The position numbers were made by a program, and so were the translations under genes. A stretch of 64,000 bases of DNA. Source: Azolla caroliniana (lineage: Eukaryota; Plantae; Polypodiophyta). Positions within the stretch are counted from its first letter, which is position 1, and each line of letters begins with the position of its first letter. The notes under the pieces were generated by a model. That model saw only the letters and a program-made list of their open reading frames with translations. It had not been told where the DNA came from and ran no database searches. The stretch covers positions 3,534,001 to 3,598,000 of the forward strand of contig JBHGNT010000006.1 in the NCBI GenBank assembly GCA_043228905.1. The letters are read 5' to 3'. This document shows, one piece after another, positions 50,521 to 64,000 of the stretch.

Positions 50521-52365
50521 GAGAGTGAGTGAAGTTTGCTAAATTAACTTGGAAGGACCCACCTAATATGTTGATGTTATCATACAAATAGGTATGCATG
50601 GAATCACCCTTATAACATACACTTTTATTGTTCATTTACAATGATAATGCCCCATCATTTATCAATAGAATGATCAAGGTGTGGCAATAAAGTAGTTCCC
50701 ATCAACAATCAATACAAGAAATGGTAGCACTATGGTTTATTATTATGGCCATAAGAAGTAGGTAGTGCTAGTTGGGAAAAAATATGCAAAAGTTACAATA
50801 TCCATGCTAACACTTTCTTTTTTCTATTGCAATACATGGGTAATCTGCCAATATTTGGAAAGGGGATTCATTCCATCGAATGGGGATCGAGCCTTACAAA
50901 CATCAGTGGTAAGGTTGGGTTGGCGATTAGCTTCACAATGGCATGCACTTCATAGATATGATTAGCAACCCCCTCAATTCCAAAGAGAGAATGGAAGTGA
51001 CCTAAGTCGTAGAGAGAGTGAAATCAATTTACATAGTTATAACGTATATTTAAAACAACTAATGATGATAATATCCAAAGGATGAACCTTGCTGTTCAAC
51101 AATTATTCGTTAATTTTTATTGCAAAAAACTCTCAAAGAAGAATTAGAATAATTCATTTGTAGCACAATTTAAATAGGATATACTAAAATATATAGATAA
51201 CAAATTTGCAACATTAGATAAACAAAATTTAAAATTTAACATGTTTAGATAAATTATTATAATTTATAGTTTTTTATTCTAGTTGAATTGAACCTCTTAA
51301 ACCCATAAAACTCTCAACATTATCCAAAAACCAATACATCCATGCATACATAGAAAAGGAAGTTGATTGGTTTCTTGTTCATTTTTCCACAAACAAAACC
51401 AAAATCATATACGTAAAAAGAAATTCATTTGTTTCTTTCCAGTTTTTCCCACAAACAACACATTAAAAAGTCACAAAAAGGTACACATAACAAACGAAAA
51501 TTAGCAAAGTTACAAGATGTAAAAACAATGTCTATAGGAAACAACATATATATTACACATAAAACAGTCATAAAAAGAAAGAAAGAAATCAGTAAAGGCG
51601 TATAAATATAAAACAAAGGTAGACATAAGAATAGAAACAATTTTAGTCGAAACCTAGAAGAAAGAAACTATAGGGTGGGGGTTACAAGGGGCCTAGGGTA
51701 GACATTTGTAGTTGAGTGCAATGCGATGTCGGTTGGTTTTGGACCGTAGCTTTGCAATAAACTTGTAGTGGGACCTAGGGGGTGTTGGAATGCAGCTTTC
51801 TATACAACATGGATTGTGTTTTATTCACTGTTCATAGTGTAGGAATGACATTCTATTAGAGTAAAACACAATCCTAGTCATTGTTGTAGAATATTTACCA
51901 TACAATACATGTAGAATACATTTGCTAAATATCTATCCTACCTTTTTTTTAAATACTTAAAATACGTATTCTATAGATAGAATACATTAAGTATGTGTAG
52001 AAAACATTAATACTTCTTAAATTCTAAAGTTTGTTAAAAACATTTTTTACTATTTTATTCTGTTTGAAAATGTTGAATACTTGCTATTGCTAATATACGT
52101 CCAATACCTAGAATACGTGAATTATTTTAAAATGACAGTTCTAAAACACAAAATACTTCAAGAGTATTCTGAAAAATGTATTCTAAGCAAAGAATACGCC
52201 TTTTTCTTTTTAACAACAATGCCCCCCACCCCCGTTTCTAAAAGCACGATTCTTGCATGTGCTACGAGCATGTTCGATACACACTATAGTTGACTGGTTG
52301 CTCGATATTCCTGCTATAGTGGACGTGTATAAAGTACTACAAGATGAGGGACGCACGTACATGCA

Positions 52366-52402
<37 letters not shown>

Positions 52403-52811
52403 TAAGTGCATATAATGTTGGTAGCAAGTGTCCGAGAGAAACCTAACATATATGGGTACATACATAATAGGGCTGAGTTGGCACCTTTTGTAGGTAGATC
52501 ATAGATGTCCAAATGTGTAGATATTAAAGACAAATAAAGAAGAAGAGGAGAAGATGATGATGATAAAGGAAAGAAGGGGGTTTTTTTAAATACATGAAGT
52601 CCACATTTACATAACATTTAAAGAGGCTCCAATTGCAATTCCTTGTGATGCTTTTCTTTCTCATTGTTGTTGTGGCTTAGGCGCATTGTCTTAAGACTCA
52701 AGAGAGGAAAGAACATTGATTGGTTGTGTCGCTCCAAGTGTCTTAAGTTTTAACACCCCAAGAGTTTATCCCTCCTAACCCACTACACAGATTCACATAA
52801 GAATAAGTGAG

Positions 52812-54329
52812 ATGAGCTTTACCAATGGGCTCCTCGGGGGCGGCGAGGATGCGGCGGACATCGAGCAAAGGAACGCGGAGAATTCGTGGGTGCTATACAT
52901 CAAGAATGAGCTAAAAGAGGCGGAGCACCGGCAGTGCGCCCCGAACCCGTCCATATTCCTGGCATCGAGCCCCCTCCGCGGACTCAAGCTGGAGGCCTTC
53001 ATACCCCAGGTGGTGTCCATCGGGCCTTACCACAACGACCTCGGCCCGCACCACAGCTCCTTCCCCATCACGGTGGAGACGGAGCGGTACAAGTTGATCG
53101 CGGCCCAGGAGATGGCCAAGCACAAGGTTGTGGCGGCATACCTCGTCGGGAGATGCTTCCCGGGGGGCGATCTCATGGCCCTGGCCGAGAGGTTCAAATC
53201 GATGGCGGCCGACATCCGGGCCGAATACGATACCGATCTCGCCGAGTGCGCGAGAGGGGACGAGAAGCTCGCCTACATGATGGCGGTGGATGCCGCATTC
53301 GTGGTAGAGTTTCTCCGGTGCAATGCCTTGGAGGACAACAAAGCCTTGGCGGTGCGTGTGGGTGTGGATGGGGGTCCCGGTGCCACTGACCCATCCGGAT
53401 CCAAATCTAAGCTCCGGGAAGCCGTGTACAAAGGCTACTATTGTAGCCGCTTCCCGCGGCCGCTCCGCAAGTCCATCCTCCAGGACTTGGTGCTGCTAGA
53501 AAATCAATTGCCCATGAAGGTGCTATTGGAGGTTGTGAAATTGGATCAGAGATGCCGGCAAGGCGACGGAGAGGCGGAGGATGTGCTGGGCTTGCTGGTG
53601 AAGGATTTCGCTATGGAGGCGCTGCCTTTCCCGGGACTATCACCGCGCGTGTTGGAGGATGCACTGAGAGAAGTGAATCAAAGGAAGCATTTGCTGGATA
53701 GCTTGTATGCCATTGTGACTTCTACTCTCAAGGGCAGCCATGACTCGAAGGTCGAGCAAAAGCCCACCCATTTCCCGTCAGCGTCCGAGCTTTACAACTG
53801 TGGCATACATCTCAAGCCATCCCGGGAGACGGAGGCCGGGAACATGAGCTCCATCTGGTACGATGCCGGGTCCACTACCCTCTTCATCCCGAAAGTGAGA
53901 GTCGGGGACGATACCGAACGCCTCTTCCGAAACCTCATCGCTTACGAGAGCCATCTCATCGACAAGGTCTCGGTCGTCTCCTACTTCCGATTCATGAACG
54001 GGCTGGTCGACACCGCGGAGGATGTGGCCCTATTGGTCCAGCGCGGTGTCCTGGCACAAGACATCGGCAGCAATCATGATGTGGCGCAAATGTGGAACAA
54101 CCTCTGCATCAACACGATGCGTGTATGCTCGGAATCGCACGAGCTGATCGCTCGAAAGTTGTCGGCGCATTGCCAGTCCCGGGTAAATGCCTGGAAAGCC
54201 GAGTTCAAGCGGACCTACTTGTCTCGCCCTTGGCTCATCATCTCCGTGATTTCGGCAGCAGCACTCCTCATCATGACTTTTGTGATCACCTACTACACTG
54301 TCCTGATCTATATGGGTGGAGGGGGCTAA
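52812..54329 (+). CDS. DUF247 (UPF0481-like) plant protein, intronless, 505 aa
   Basis: PQVVSIGPYH, MMAVDAAFVVEFL, DLVLLENQLP, HLLD, PSASEL, FRNLIAYE and DTAEDVALL, plus a C-terminal transmembrane helix. Confidence 0.93.
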   Translation: MSFTNGLLGGGEDAADIEQRNAENSWVLYIKNELKEAEHRQCAPNPSIFLASSPLRGLKLEAFIPQVVSIGPYHNDLGPHHSSFPITVETERYKLIAAQEMAKHKVVAAYLVGRCFPGGDLMALAERFKSMAADIRAEYDTDLAECARGDEKLAYMMAVDAAFVVEFLRCNALEDNKALAVRVGVDGGPGATDPSGSKSKLREAVYKGYYCSRFPRPLRKSILQDLVLLENQLPMKVLLEVVKLDQRCRQGDGEAEDVLGLLVKDFAMEALPFPGLSPRVLEDALREVNQRKHLLDSLYAIVTSTLKGSHDSKVEQKPTHFPSASELYNCGIHLKPSRETEAGNMSSIWYDAGSTTLFIPKVRVGDDTERLFRNLIAYESHLIDKVSVVSYFRFMNGLVDTAEDVALLVQRGVLAQDIGSNHDVAQMWNNLCINTMRVCSESHELIARKLSAHCQSRVNAWKAEFKRTYLSRPWLIISVISAAALLIMTFVITYYTVLIYMGGGG

Positions 54330-55504
54330 ATATAAGCTCTGTTTTTTCTTGATGTAACAAGTACGGGAGATGCGTGTGCTAAATAAGTGTAGTAGTGTGT
54401 GATGTGCCTTTCTTCATTGGGAATCATGGTGTGGGGAGCTCAAATGTGTATGAATCATGGTTTTTGGACATAACAATATGACTCATAAATTCTGGCTGTC
54501 TTTTTTAGTATCATGGAGGCTGGAATATGATGCATGAAACCAGGTGTTGTGAAAAAACATTTATATTATGCTAGTATTGTCTGGATTTGTGTCATCCATG
54601 TCCCTGAGGCATGAATGCATTCCTGTTATGGAGATATTGTTGGCACGAGTTGAGAAGGCTCTTTGAAATGAGCGAGTGTAGTAATATGAATTGTGGTTGT
54701 AATTAGGAATTTGGGAGGATAGAATGTGTGAAAAGACGAGAAGCACTCTTTTAAGGGCAGGGCCATTGCAACAGTTTAAGAGAAGTTGAGCATTCTATGA
54801 CAGTGAGACAAGGCACCTCATCCCAATTCCACTACACAATAAGGCAATGAGATGTTGATAGGTGTACAAGCTCAAGTGCAACTTCAACTACAGCATCATC
54901 AATGCACCACTAGGGTTTTTGCCCAAGGTTATGCTCAAACTAATGGAGAAGACTATGATGACAAATTTGCACCTGCTCTGACAGAAAAGATGCTGACAGT
55001 TTGGACCGTTCTTGCCCATGGTTAATGGATGGCAACTCCATGTGTGAAGAATGCCTTCATCCAAGGGGAGATTGAGGATGTGTACATGGGACAACCTTTA
55101 TGATATAATGTTGAATAGTCCCCATTTGTTGGCTCAAGAAGTTCCAAGGAACTCGAAGGGGATGGCACTTGAAGGTCACCAACTATAAACTATGCATATG
55201 CTATACAGACATTAATGACTCTATACTTGCAAATGCTCATCAAGGACAGTGCGTATTTGTCTTAAGCCTCCTTGAAAAATATTTCACTAACATTGAATGG
55301 AAGTATACACGGGCACATGAGAAACGTGCTATTTTGCAAGGAATCCTCAAATGTTGTATGCAACAAATATTCATTTTTCCTTACACATCCTTAAGGTTTT
55401 TCCATTATTGATAGGGAGAGGCACAAAACTCATGCATTTCAAAATGCATTCAAGGGGATATTGTGGTTATTTCCATCTAGACTATTACCGTAAACCAAAC
55501 ACAT

Positions 55505-58500
55505 CTAGTTAGTGGACCTATTTCTCGATGATCTCTTTGTAGTGATTGGCACTCCAGCTAGTGTTAAATGTTTGGGCTTCTTATAGTATCTCAAAAATAG
55601 TGATGAGCAGACAACACTGACAGAAGATGCAGCCATTGCAGCTCCAGCAAGCCAAGGTGGGAGCCGAAACCCAGTAAAAGGGAAAAGCACCCCAGCAGCA
55701 ATTGGTATACCAATCACATTGTATCCAAGAGCCCAAAAGTAATTGAGCTGTATTCGATTGAATGTTTTCCTTGATAAGTGAATTGCAGTGACAACATCCT
55801 CCAAATTATTTTTCATCAAAACAATATCTGCAGCTTCTACAGCGATGTCGGTCCCGGCACCAATTGCCATTCCCACATCGGCGGCTACAAGAGCCAGGGA
55901 ATCATTTATACCATCACCTACCATTGCTACTGTCTTCCCGCTAGACTACAAAACAGAAATCAATAAAATTATGAGCCACACATCAGAAGCGTCAATTTTC
56001 TAAACATGGCATTTCATACAAAGTAGAATATGATGCAATAGAGGCAGAAACCTTGGTATACCCTTTTGTTTTGTGTAAATAGTGTACATGTGCAGATAAG
56101 GGAATTTTGCAGAGTGGGATCCATAAGCCGTATGTGTTTTTTAATGGGTTTCAAACTTTTAATACTAAAAATATATGCAGCACAGAACAAATAGACCGAC
56201 ATGTTTTTCATTCCGTGCTTTTCATTTACAAGGGCATTACAACTTCTAACTACTTTTCAAACTAGGCTTCTCGAAACAATGGATTGCCTCTTTGGATGGG
56301 CAGTTCCCTAAAACTCAATCTTTCTACATTTTCAAGCATACCTGTAGTTCCTTTACTTTTTCAGCTTTTCCTTGCGGTAGAGTCTCTGCGAAAACTCGAT
56401 CAATACCAACTTCTCTCGCAATCGCATTTGCAGTACCCCAATTGTCTCCCGTCACCATTATGCTCTGGACCCCAATGGACTTCAAGATAGATATTACGGC
56501 TGGAGCTTCGGCCTTTAGTGGATCAGAGATGGCTATCAACCCGACTATTTCACTCTCAATAGCAACCAATATCCCTGTTCGGGCTTGCTTCTCTGTGTCC
56601 TTCAGGCATTCCATTGCTATTTCTGGCACATCGATATTGAATCCAGCCATTAGCTTTGAATTTCCTACCAATACTAGCCTTCTGCCTTCAAGTTCACCAC
56701 ACACTCCTTGACCAACAATGGCCCTAAAATTAGCAACCTTTGATAACCAACTCAAATTTGAGGTTTTGTGGCCCAACAATCTTGTGTGATCAACAATCGC
56801 CTTTGCAAGAGGATGCTCACTGTTAACCTGTATGTAATGAGCATGGTTTACATTTTCCAAATGCCAACGGAAAAACTTGAGTTACACTTTGTATTAAATA
56901 GTTGGAAGCATACCATCATAATGGTACATTTATGCAAATTGCTAGAAGAAATGTATCTATAGTGATTAACCATAGCTCTTATATGTCCATGCCATTGCAA
57001 TCCATAGTGACCTATCTCTAGCCTAATTTACTCCATCAATGGAAAGAGTTGTGTATGCTATGAGCATGTACAAATATTATTGAGAATTTCCAAGTAGCTG
57101 CAACCAACCTCAACGGAGGCAACGACATCATAAAAGTGCTGAAGTGGTATATTCTTGAATAGTTGTGTTGTAACAACAACTGGTTTTCCAACAGTAAGTG
57201 TTCCTGTCTTGTCGAATATCATAACATTCACCTGGCCAAATGATCACACAACGAGAGAGATGAAATCAAAATGACACCTTGCATATCCTTGGAAGCTGGC
57301 ACTAAAACACAAGAAGGAATGTACAATTACCTTATGAGCACTTTCCAGTGCTTGCCCTCCCTTTATAAGAACACCTTGTGAGGCACCTTTACCAGTTGCT
57401 ACCATTACAGCTGTTGGTGTCGCTAAACCAAGAGCACACGGACATGCAATTACGAGTACCGAAATTCCAAACTGAAGGGCAAGTTCAAATTCATCCATAG
57501 ATAATGGAATCCATGACTTTGGGTAGGAATTGTTTCTACCTGATACATACCACCCCAACCATGTGACAGCCGCAAAGATAACAACCTTCGAAAAAGCATG
57601 TAATGTGGTTAATAGGCATTTAGCTCTAAAATGGCTCTAATGAAAATAAAAAATTCTCAAGTGATTCTACAAAAGGTGTGGACTTGTTTTTATTTTTAGA
57701 AAGTGCAACTTATCAAACTCTTTACCACAAAATGACACACTTACAAAGGGCACAAAGTATCTGGAAATCCCATCAGCCAGTTTCTGAACTGGTGCCTTAG
57801 CCATCTGTGCAGCTTCCACCAGGCGTACAATTTGAGCTAGTGCAGTTTCAGCCCCGACACGAGTAGCTTTTACATGCAAAACTCCACTTTCATTCATCGT
57901 CCCACCAATCACCTCATCACCTTGCTTCTTTTGCACTGGTTTGGATTCACCAGTGATCATGCTTTCATTAACATGGCTATGGCCCCAGACAATAATACCA
58001 TCTGTCGGTACTTTTGACCCTGGCAAAACCTTGATTATATCATTGCGTTGTATGAGTTGAGTGCTTATTTCTTTTTCTGAAAGCACTGTGCCACCTCCAC
58101 TATTACTAGACTTTTCAATATCGAGTAGGATGGCAGTCTCTGGGGCAAGCTCCAACAGTTGAGCAATTGCCTCCGAAGTCTTGCCTTTTGCTAAAACCTC
58201 CAAGTATTTCCCTAGTAGGATGAAAGAGATGAGCATGGCACTAGTCTCAAAAAAATCGTTTCCAGTAAAACCAGGTGATGTCGCAGCATGTAAGACGATA
58301 TAGACAGAGTAGAAATAAGCAGCATTTGTACCCATGGTGACTAGCACGTCCATATTGGCACTGCCATGGCTGAGGGCGTTATATGCACCGATATAGAATT
58401 TCCTTCCGAATACAAATTGAACCGGCGTCGCTAGAATCCATCGTAGAAGTTGGCCAACTGTCAACATGTTCACAACCCTGATTTCCAAGACATCATGTAG

Positions 58501-59825
58501 AACATGAATATACATGAACACCATGGAGAGGAAAAAAACTGGAATAGTAAAAGTACAACTCCAAAGGAAATGGTTCTTGTATCGTGCTATCTCTTTAGCT
58601 CTATCGGCTCCACCATGACCATTAGGGTTGTAGAGGCTAGCTTGGTAGTTACTTCCAATTGATTCAATAATTTCGATGAAGTATCTAGGTCCCGTTTGAT
58701 CAGGATCGTATGAGATAATCACATTCTCAATTTCTACATCCAATTCTACTAAATCTACACCAGGTAAAGCTTCAAGAGACATTTTGATCATATGCATTCC
58801 TTGAATTGTATGAACGCCCTCTACCTTCAAAATTACTTTGTTTCTCTCCTCCCCAACACTTATAAGGGAAGCCATAAATCCTAAATCATGATCAATCTTA
58901 TCTATAATTTTCTTGTAGTTAATGAATTTGGCATCATATTGGATTAGTGCCTCCTCTGTTGCTAAGCTTATTTGTACTTTCTTGACACCAAGTACTTTAT
59001 TTAAGCTAGTTTCTATAGAAGTTGAACATGATGTACATGTCATGCCCTTGATGCGTAACCGACAAACTGTCATTCTTTCTTGGTTGTCAGGAAAGCCTCG
59101 GATTATGTGAGCTTCGAATCCTGCATCTTGAATGGCTTCACAAATTTTTAATTCCTACAAAAATTCGACACAAAGAATTTTGTTTTTCAGATAATGTGGT
59201 GTGTCAGGAAATGGCATTGAAGATCAATATCTAAAACACGAATTCATGCTTCAAAAGCTTGTTAATTGTCAGAATCATATCTTGCATTGAAAATCTTTGA
59301 GAAGCTCAAATGAATCATGTAGAATTAGATTTTTCGGACATAAACTTATATATTTGACTGATGCAAAACTAATAAAAAGAAGACACTAAGCACCAGTTTT
59401 ACTTATAATATGAATGGCAACTCACCTAATCATATATAACTACACTTTCTTTTTAGAGTATCGCAATAAAGAGAAATAAATGTTTTGCTTACATGGATGA
59501 ATGATGGATTATATATGACTTGAGCTCTATTTTGAAGGACAGAAACGGTTGCATCTTCGATACCTGGAAGGCGCTTCACAGATTTCTCTATGGACCCAGC
59601 ACAAGCTCCACATTCCATTCCGATGACTTGAAGATTCAATTCACACAGTGATGATCCATGGATGACCATCATGTCATGTGATGGTCGATAACTAGGCATT
59701 GATGGATAGTGAGGGACTGGAACCAGTGCTACCTGTGAAGACTTCTTATTATTACTCTCCTTATTGCACTTCTTCTTCACTACCTTCTTTATGAATGCCA
59801 TGTCGACTATATGAGCAGCTGCCAT
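55505..59825 (-). CDS. HMA5: Copper-transporting P1B-type ATPase, HMA5-like, about 1015 aa
   Basis: Exons 59825-59493, 59154-57745, 57585-57331, 57231-57109, 56827-56342 and 55945-55505, all phase 0 GT-AG. Motifs GMECGAC, GMTCTSC, TGES, CPC, DKTGT, SEHPL, TGDN, GDGIND, YN and MAASS. The start could instead be at 59801. Confidence 0.95.
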
Positions 59826-59929
59826 TTGGTGACTTGGACCTGGCTGGAGTTCCAAATGCACAATGTTTAATCACTGTAGTTAATACTAACAAATAATAGT
59901 AAACAATGTAAGAAAACAACCACTTACAT

Positions 59930-60175
59930 GCATACAGTCACATCACACACATATAAGCATACAAAGGTCACATTTATAAATTCACAAGACATACATTCAT
60001 AACAGCATACAATCACATCACACACATACAATCATACAAACGTCACATTTATAAATTCACAAGACATACATTCATAACAGCATACAATCACATCACACAC
60101 ATACAAGCATACAAATGTCACATTTATAAATTCACGAGACGTACATTCATAACAGCATGCAATCACATCACATGT
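59930..60175. repeat. 75-bp minisatellite, about 3 copies
   Basis: tcacatcacacac...cacatttataaattcacaagacatacattcataacagcat recurs at 59938, 60013, 60088 and partly at 60163. Confidence 0.85.
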
Positions 60176-60840
60176 ATATACATTCACAACACATGCATAC
60201 ATCCAGCATACATTCGCAACAAATGCACCCATGATTTGTGCATGCATACAGTCACAACTCACAAGACATACAATAATTCACAACAGATGCATGCATCATC
60301 AATCCTTACTTGCATACATACATATTGGCGTGTTGTGTGTATGCAGGTAGGAGGGTATATAATCTATTTTACAATTGTGAATATCATGAGATACAGAAAT
60401 ACGGCCAGCAAATTTACCCAAAATGAGGATTCGAGAAATGAATCAGCCCTGATTATATATATGATGCATAATTCCAAATAAGCCGGGTCATGAAGGGGCA
60501 GAAAAGCCCAATCAATGTAGAGTTCCCAACAGCATTCTGAAAATAGAATTGATTGAAGAAAAACGGGGGGGGGGGGGGGGGGGGGGGGGATCACGTTACT
60601 TGAGGAGGAAAAAATACAGATGAATGTACGTAGAAAAGTGAGTGAGGTTCTTCAGCAATGAAGCTTAGGATGAACAAGAAGAGGAAGACATGTGTAAAAA
60701 TGAATGATTTCTGTCGGGCAATGTATGTAGTTACGGAGGAAAGGGATCTCCACAGGTGCTTGCATTCATTGCGCATTCTTCTTCTTCGATGTTTTGTGGG
60801 TAGGTTCCCATTCCAAGTCCCTCTCTGTTTTCCATATGTA

Positions 60841-60959
60841 GTATGTATGTATGTATGTATGTAATGTATGTAATGTATGTATGTTTGTATGAATGTATGT
60901 ATGTATGTATGTATGTATGTATGTATGTATGTATGTATGTATGTATGTATGTATGTATG

Positions 60960-60990
<31 letters not shown>

Positions 60991-61095
60991 TGTATGTAAT
61001 GTATGTATGTTTGTATGAATGTATGTATGTATGTATGTATGTATGTATGTATGTTTGTTTGTTTGTTTGTATGTTTGTTTGTATGTATGTATGTG
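60841..61095. repeat. (TATG)n microsatellite
   Basis: About 250 bp of TATG with TTTG and TAATG variants. Confidence 0.97.
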
Positions 61096-62591
61096 TATAT
61101 ATAACCCCTCCATTCAGCATTTTCACCATACCAGCTTTCTCGAGATTTGTCCACCTGACCAATACACGCACACAAAGTCGCTGTCCCGATCGGCCTATAG
61201 ACCATGTCTTCCCATGGACGTCCACGATCTTCGTTTGAGCACGTTAAAACTATCGCCTAAGCAACTCCCCCCTTCCAAAGCGTATGGGGAAGCAACATCA
61301 AGAGACCACTTGCCTCCATCTTTCGTAGAAAAGACGAACCAACCTTTGGGAAACTGTACTTTATGAAGCATCATTCAGGCCAAGGGACGGCTACATATAC
61401 AACATACATGGAATGAGATATGTGATCTAACTGATTGGATTCCTTTTTCGGCAGTTAGTATCAACATGTGCCTCATTGAAGTCTGAAAGGGTTTCTTGTG
61501 TGTGTGTTGTAGCCAAATTCATCAAATGGTGATGGTCCTATCTATAATTGATTTTGTCAAGTCATTTAAAGCCTTGGTTTGTGTTGTTCTCTGTTAAGTC
61601 AATTGCAATGTAAAGTCATTGAAGTTATGTAGTCCAAAAATAGATTGTTTGTTGAGAAGATAACATTGAAGTTGTGAAGGTACGCAACCCGTGAACAACT
61701 TGAGTCACTCTCTCACTCTCTCTTGCATGAGGGTTGTGGAGAACCGTACTTTTATTAGATGCATCAAGGTTCGTAAGCTCACTAATTGCACTAACTTGCA
61801 AGATACCCTAGAGGAATGTGAAGGTGCAAGGCAAAACATTCATATATGGTATATGTACATACAATTTTACAAACATAAGACATATGATATAAGATGTATT
61901 TGTGGAGGGTGTTGTAAAGGTGTCATTTCTAGAATAAGTATATATAACATGGATGCGTGTGTGAACCTACGTGCCGACTAACACTCATGCTCAAATATGG
62001 GTTCCTTACGTAGGATGCAAAAACCTTTGTTGAGTGCATAGGAGAAAAACCCACTATTCGATGTATACATATTGCTATATTATAATGGTATGGTCCATGG
62101 ACTTTACCGTGAATGTCATATATCATATAAATATCACCGAGGCAATTCTCGCATATTAAGATAATATGAGAAAGAATAAGATGATGCAAGATTGAACTGT
62201 CTGCCTTCAAGTAAGAATCTAACCATCAAGACAAAGCTCAAATCATGGAAAGAGAATCCTACAATTATCACCTTAACGAGAGTGTAACTTGCGAATATTA
62301 ATGTGCATGCACAATGTCATAAGAGACCATTTGTGACATCCTTCATGTGACAACATATGAATAGTGCACGCACACACAATACATTAAGGAGTACCTACAA
62401 AAATACATTCACATGAACACAAAGACATCTTTGCACAATGAAATTTACATGGGATAGACTCTAACACGTAAAAACAATAAATCCTATTGATATATATATT
62501 TTTCAAAAAAAAAACCTATTGGTATTGCCCCTCATATTAGGGGAAGTATTCGGCCCACCCTTTGTATATTTTTAAATAATGTCACAGATGC

Positions 62592-62970
62592 CATTGGTCA
62601 AAGAGTTCAAAAAGGTGGATATACACAACATGTTTTAAAACCATATCACAATATTTTATTATCATTCCTATTGTTCTTAGTACTTACCGAGTGTGTGCTA
62701 ATCAGGATCATTAACAATATAAATTGATGTTAAACGATAGTAGTTGGAATTATGCTTGGTGCGAGGTATAGTGATTAACATTGGTCAAAGAGTTCAAAAA
62801 GGTGGATATACACAACATGTTTTAAAACCATATCACAATATTTTATTATCATTCCTATTGTTCTTAGTACTTATTGAGTGTGTGCTAATCAAGATCATTA
62901 ACAATATAAATTGATGTTAAACGATAGTAGTTGGAATTATGCTTGATGCAAGGTATAGTGATTAACATTG
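62592..62970. repeat. Tandem duplication, period 187 bp
   Basis: cattggtcaaagagttcaaaaaggtgg... occurs at 62592 and 62779, nearly identical. Confidence 0.92.
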
Positions 62971-64000
62971 TGACAATACGATAATTAGCATGTGCAAAAG
63001 CTAATAGCAATTAATATATTAAGGTTAGTACAATTATTAACACACTTTAAATGCTCATAAAATGAGGATAGATTTAATATACAAGATCTCTTATTACACT
63101 TAGAATGTTCATCCATAGATTTTTTGGAAGTATAGTTTTGTAAAATATTGAAGTGTAATATTGGGCAACTTTGTAGGGTTCAATCAGCTTTTTGATAAGG
63201 GTCATAAGTCATTTATTCAAAAGTATCTATTGTAGAATGAATATGGCCCCCGATATGACAAGGGCTAAAGTTGGCATTATTGTTGTTTAAAAAAACATAA
63301 AACAAATAACCAGAACATATTGTTTACATCATTATGGGGCTAACCACTTGCATATAAACTAGTAAGCCAGTAAGAAAAACACACATAGCTATAAAATAAT
63401 AAGAAAATAAACATTGCCTAGCATCAACCACTGGTATAAAAAAAAGAAGGAAAACCGTACACCATAAAAAAACAACCATAAGAATCCAACAAATAACCAT
63501 AAGAACAACCAACTTGGACCACAAACTATATCCATTGGTAGTTAAGAAAATCTTCATGCACTAGTTAAGTTTGGCCACCTTTAGATGAGTACATTTGAGG
63601 GTATACAAGTTATGGTTCATTAAGGCAATATGTGCAACGCCTTCGTCCTACATTCGGCCTACATAGACTCTCTAAATTGCATCGTTTCATTGCTCCTCCC
63701 CATTTAGTCCTTGAATCCATTTAATGATGGAAATATAGTTGGATTGAATAATTGTATTATGGCTTGAATTCAGATAGGTGCCAAGCCATAGTGATCAATG
63801 AGTCTAGTTAAGGTTATTGAAGCTACAATATAGTTTAGAATACCTTAGACAAGGCCAATTTATTTTATTTTATTTTATTTGTCCAAAAAAAACACTACTT
63901 CCCATTAGTTAGCAAAAGAAGTACATCAAAGATCAGCCATAATCAAAACAACATAATCCCCACTCTACTATTTACAACAAAAGTATCCCCACCCTACTAT

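Noticed and set aside
60565-60589. Poly-G run as a functional G-quadruplex (also 18566-18580)
   Set aside because: A plain homopolymer of uncertain length with no supporting evidence.
60591-61366. ORFs with YIHT / MYVC repeats
   Set aside because: Translations of the (TATG)n microsatellite.

Overview
Plant nuclear DNA, probably from a non-seed land plant such as a fern (inferred from gene content and TE style). It is AT-rich and dense in microsatellites and transposons. Five protein-coding genes are supported. (1) A 2-exon CBS-domain gene, CBSX5/6-like (- strand). (2) An intronless 3-ketoacyl-CoA synthase (+). (3) A 9-10 exon vasohibin-family tubulin detyrosinase gene (+), which the ORF track does not show as a unit and which I rebuilt from splice sites; its Cys-His-Ser triad is intact. 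(4) An intronless DUF247 gene (+). (5) A 6-exon HMA5-like copper P1B-ATPase (-). The intergenic DNA holds a decayed L1 LINE interrupted by an internally deleted Ty1/copia element carrying a group II intron fragment. It also holds two different solo LTRs that both sit in an ACGT 4-bp target duplication, several RTE LINE fragments ending in (TC)n, a tandem array of tRNA-derived SINE-like units, a hAT MITE, and tandem and simple repeats. All family calls come from motif recognition by eye; no database search was run.
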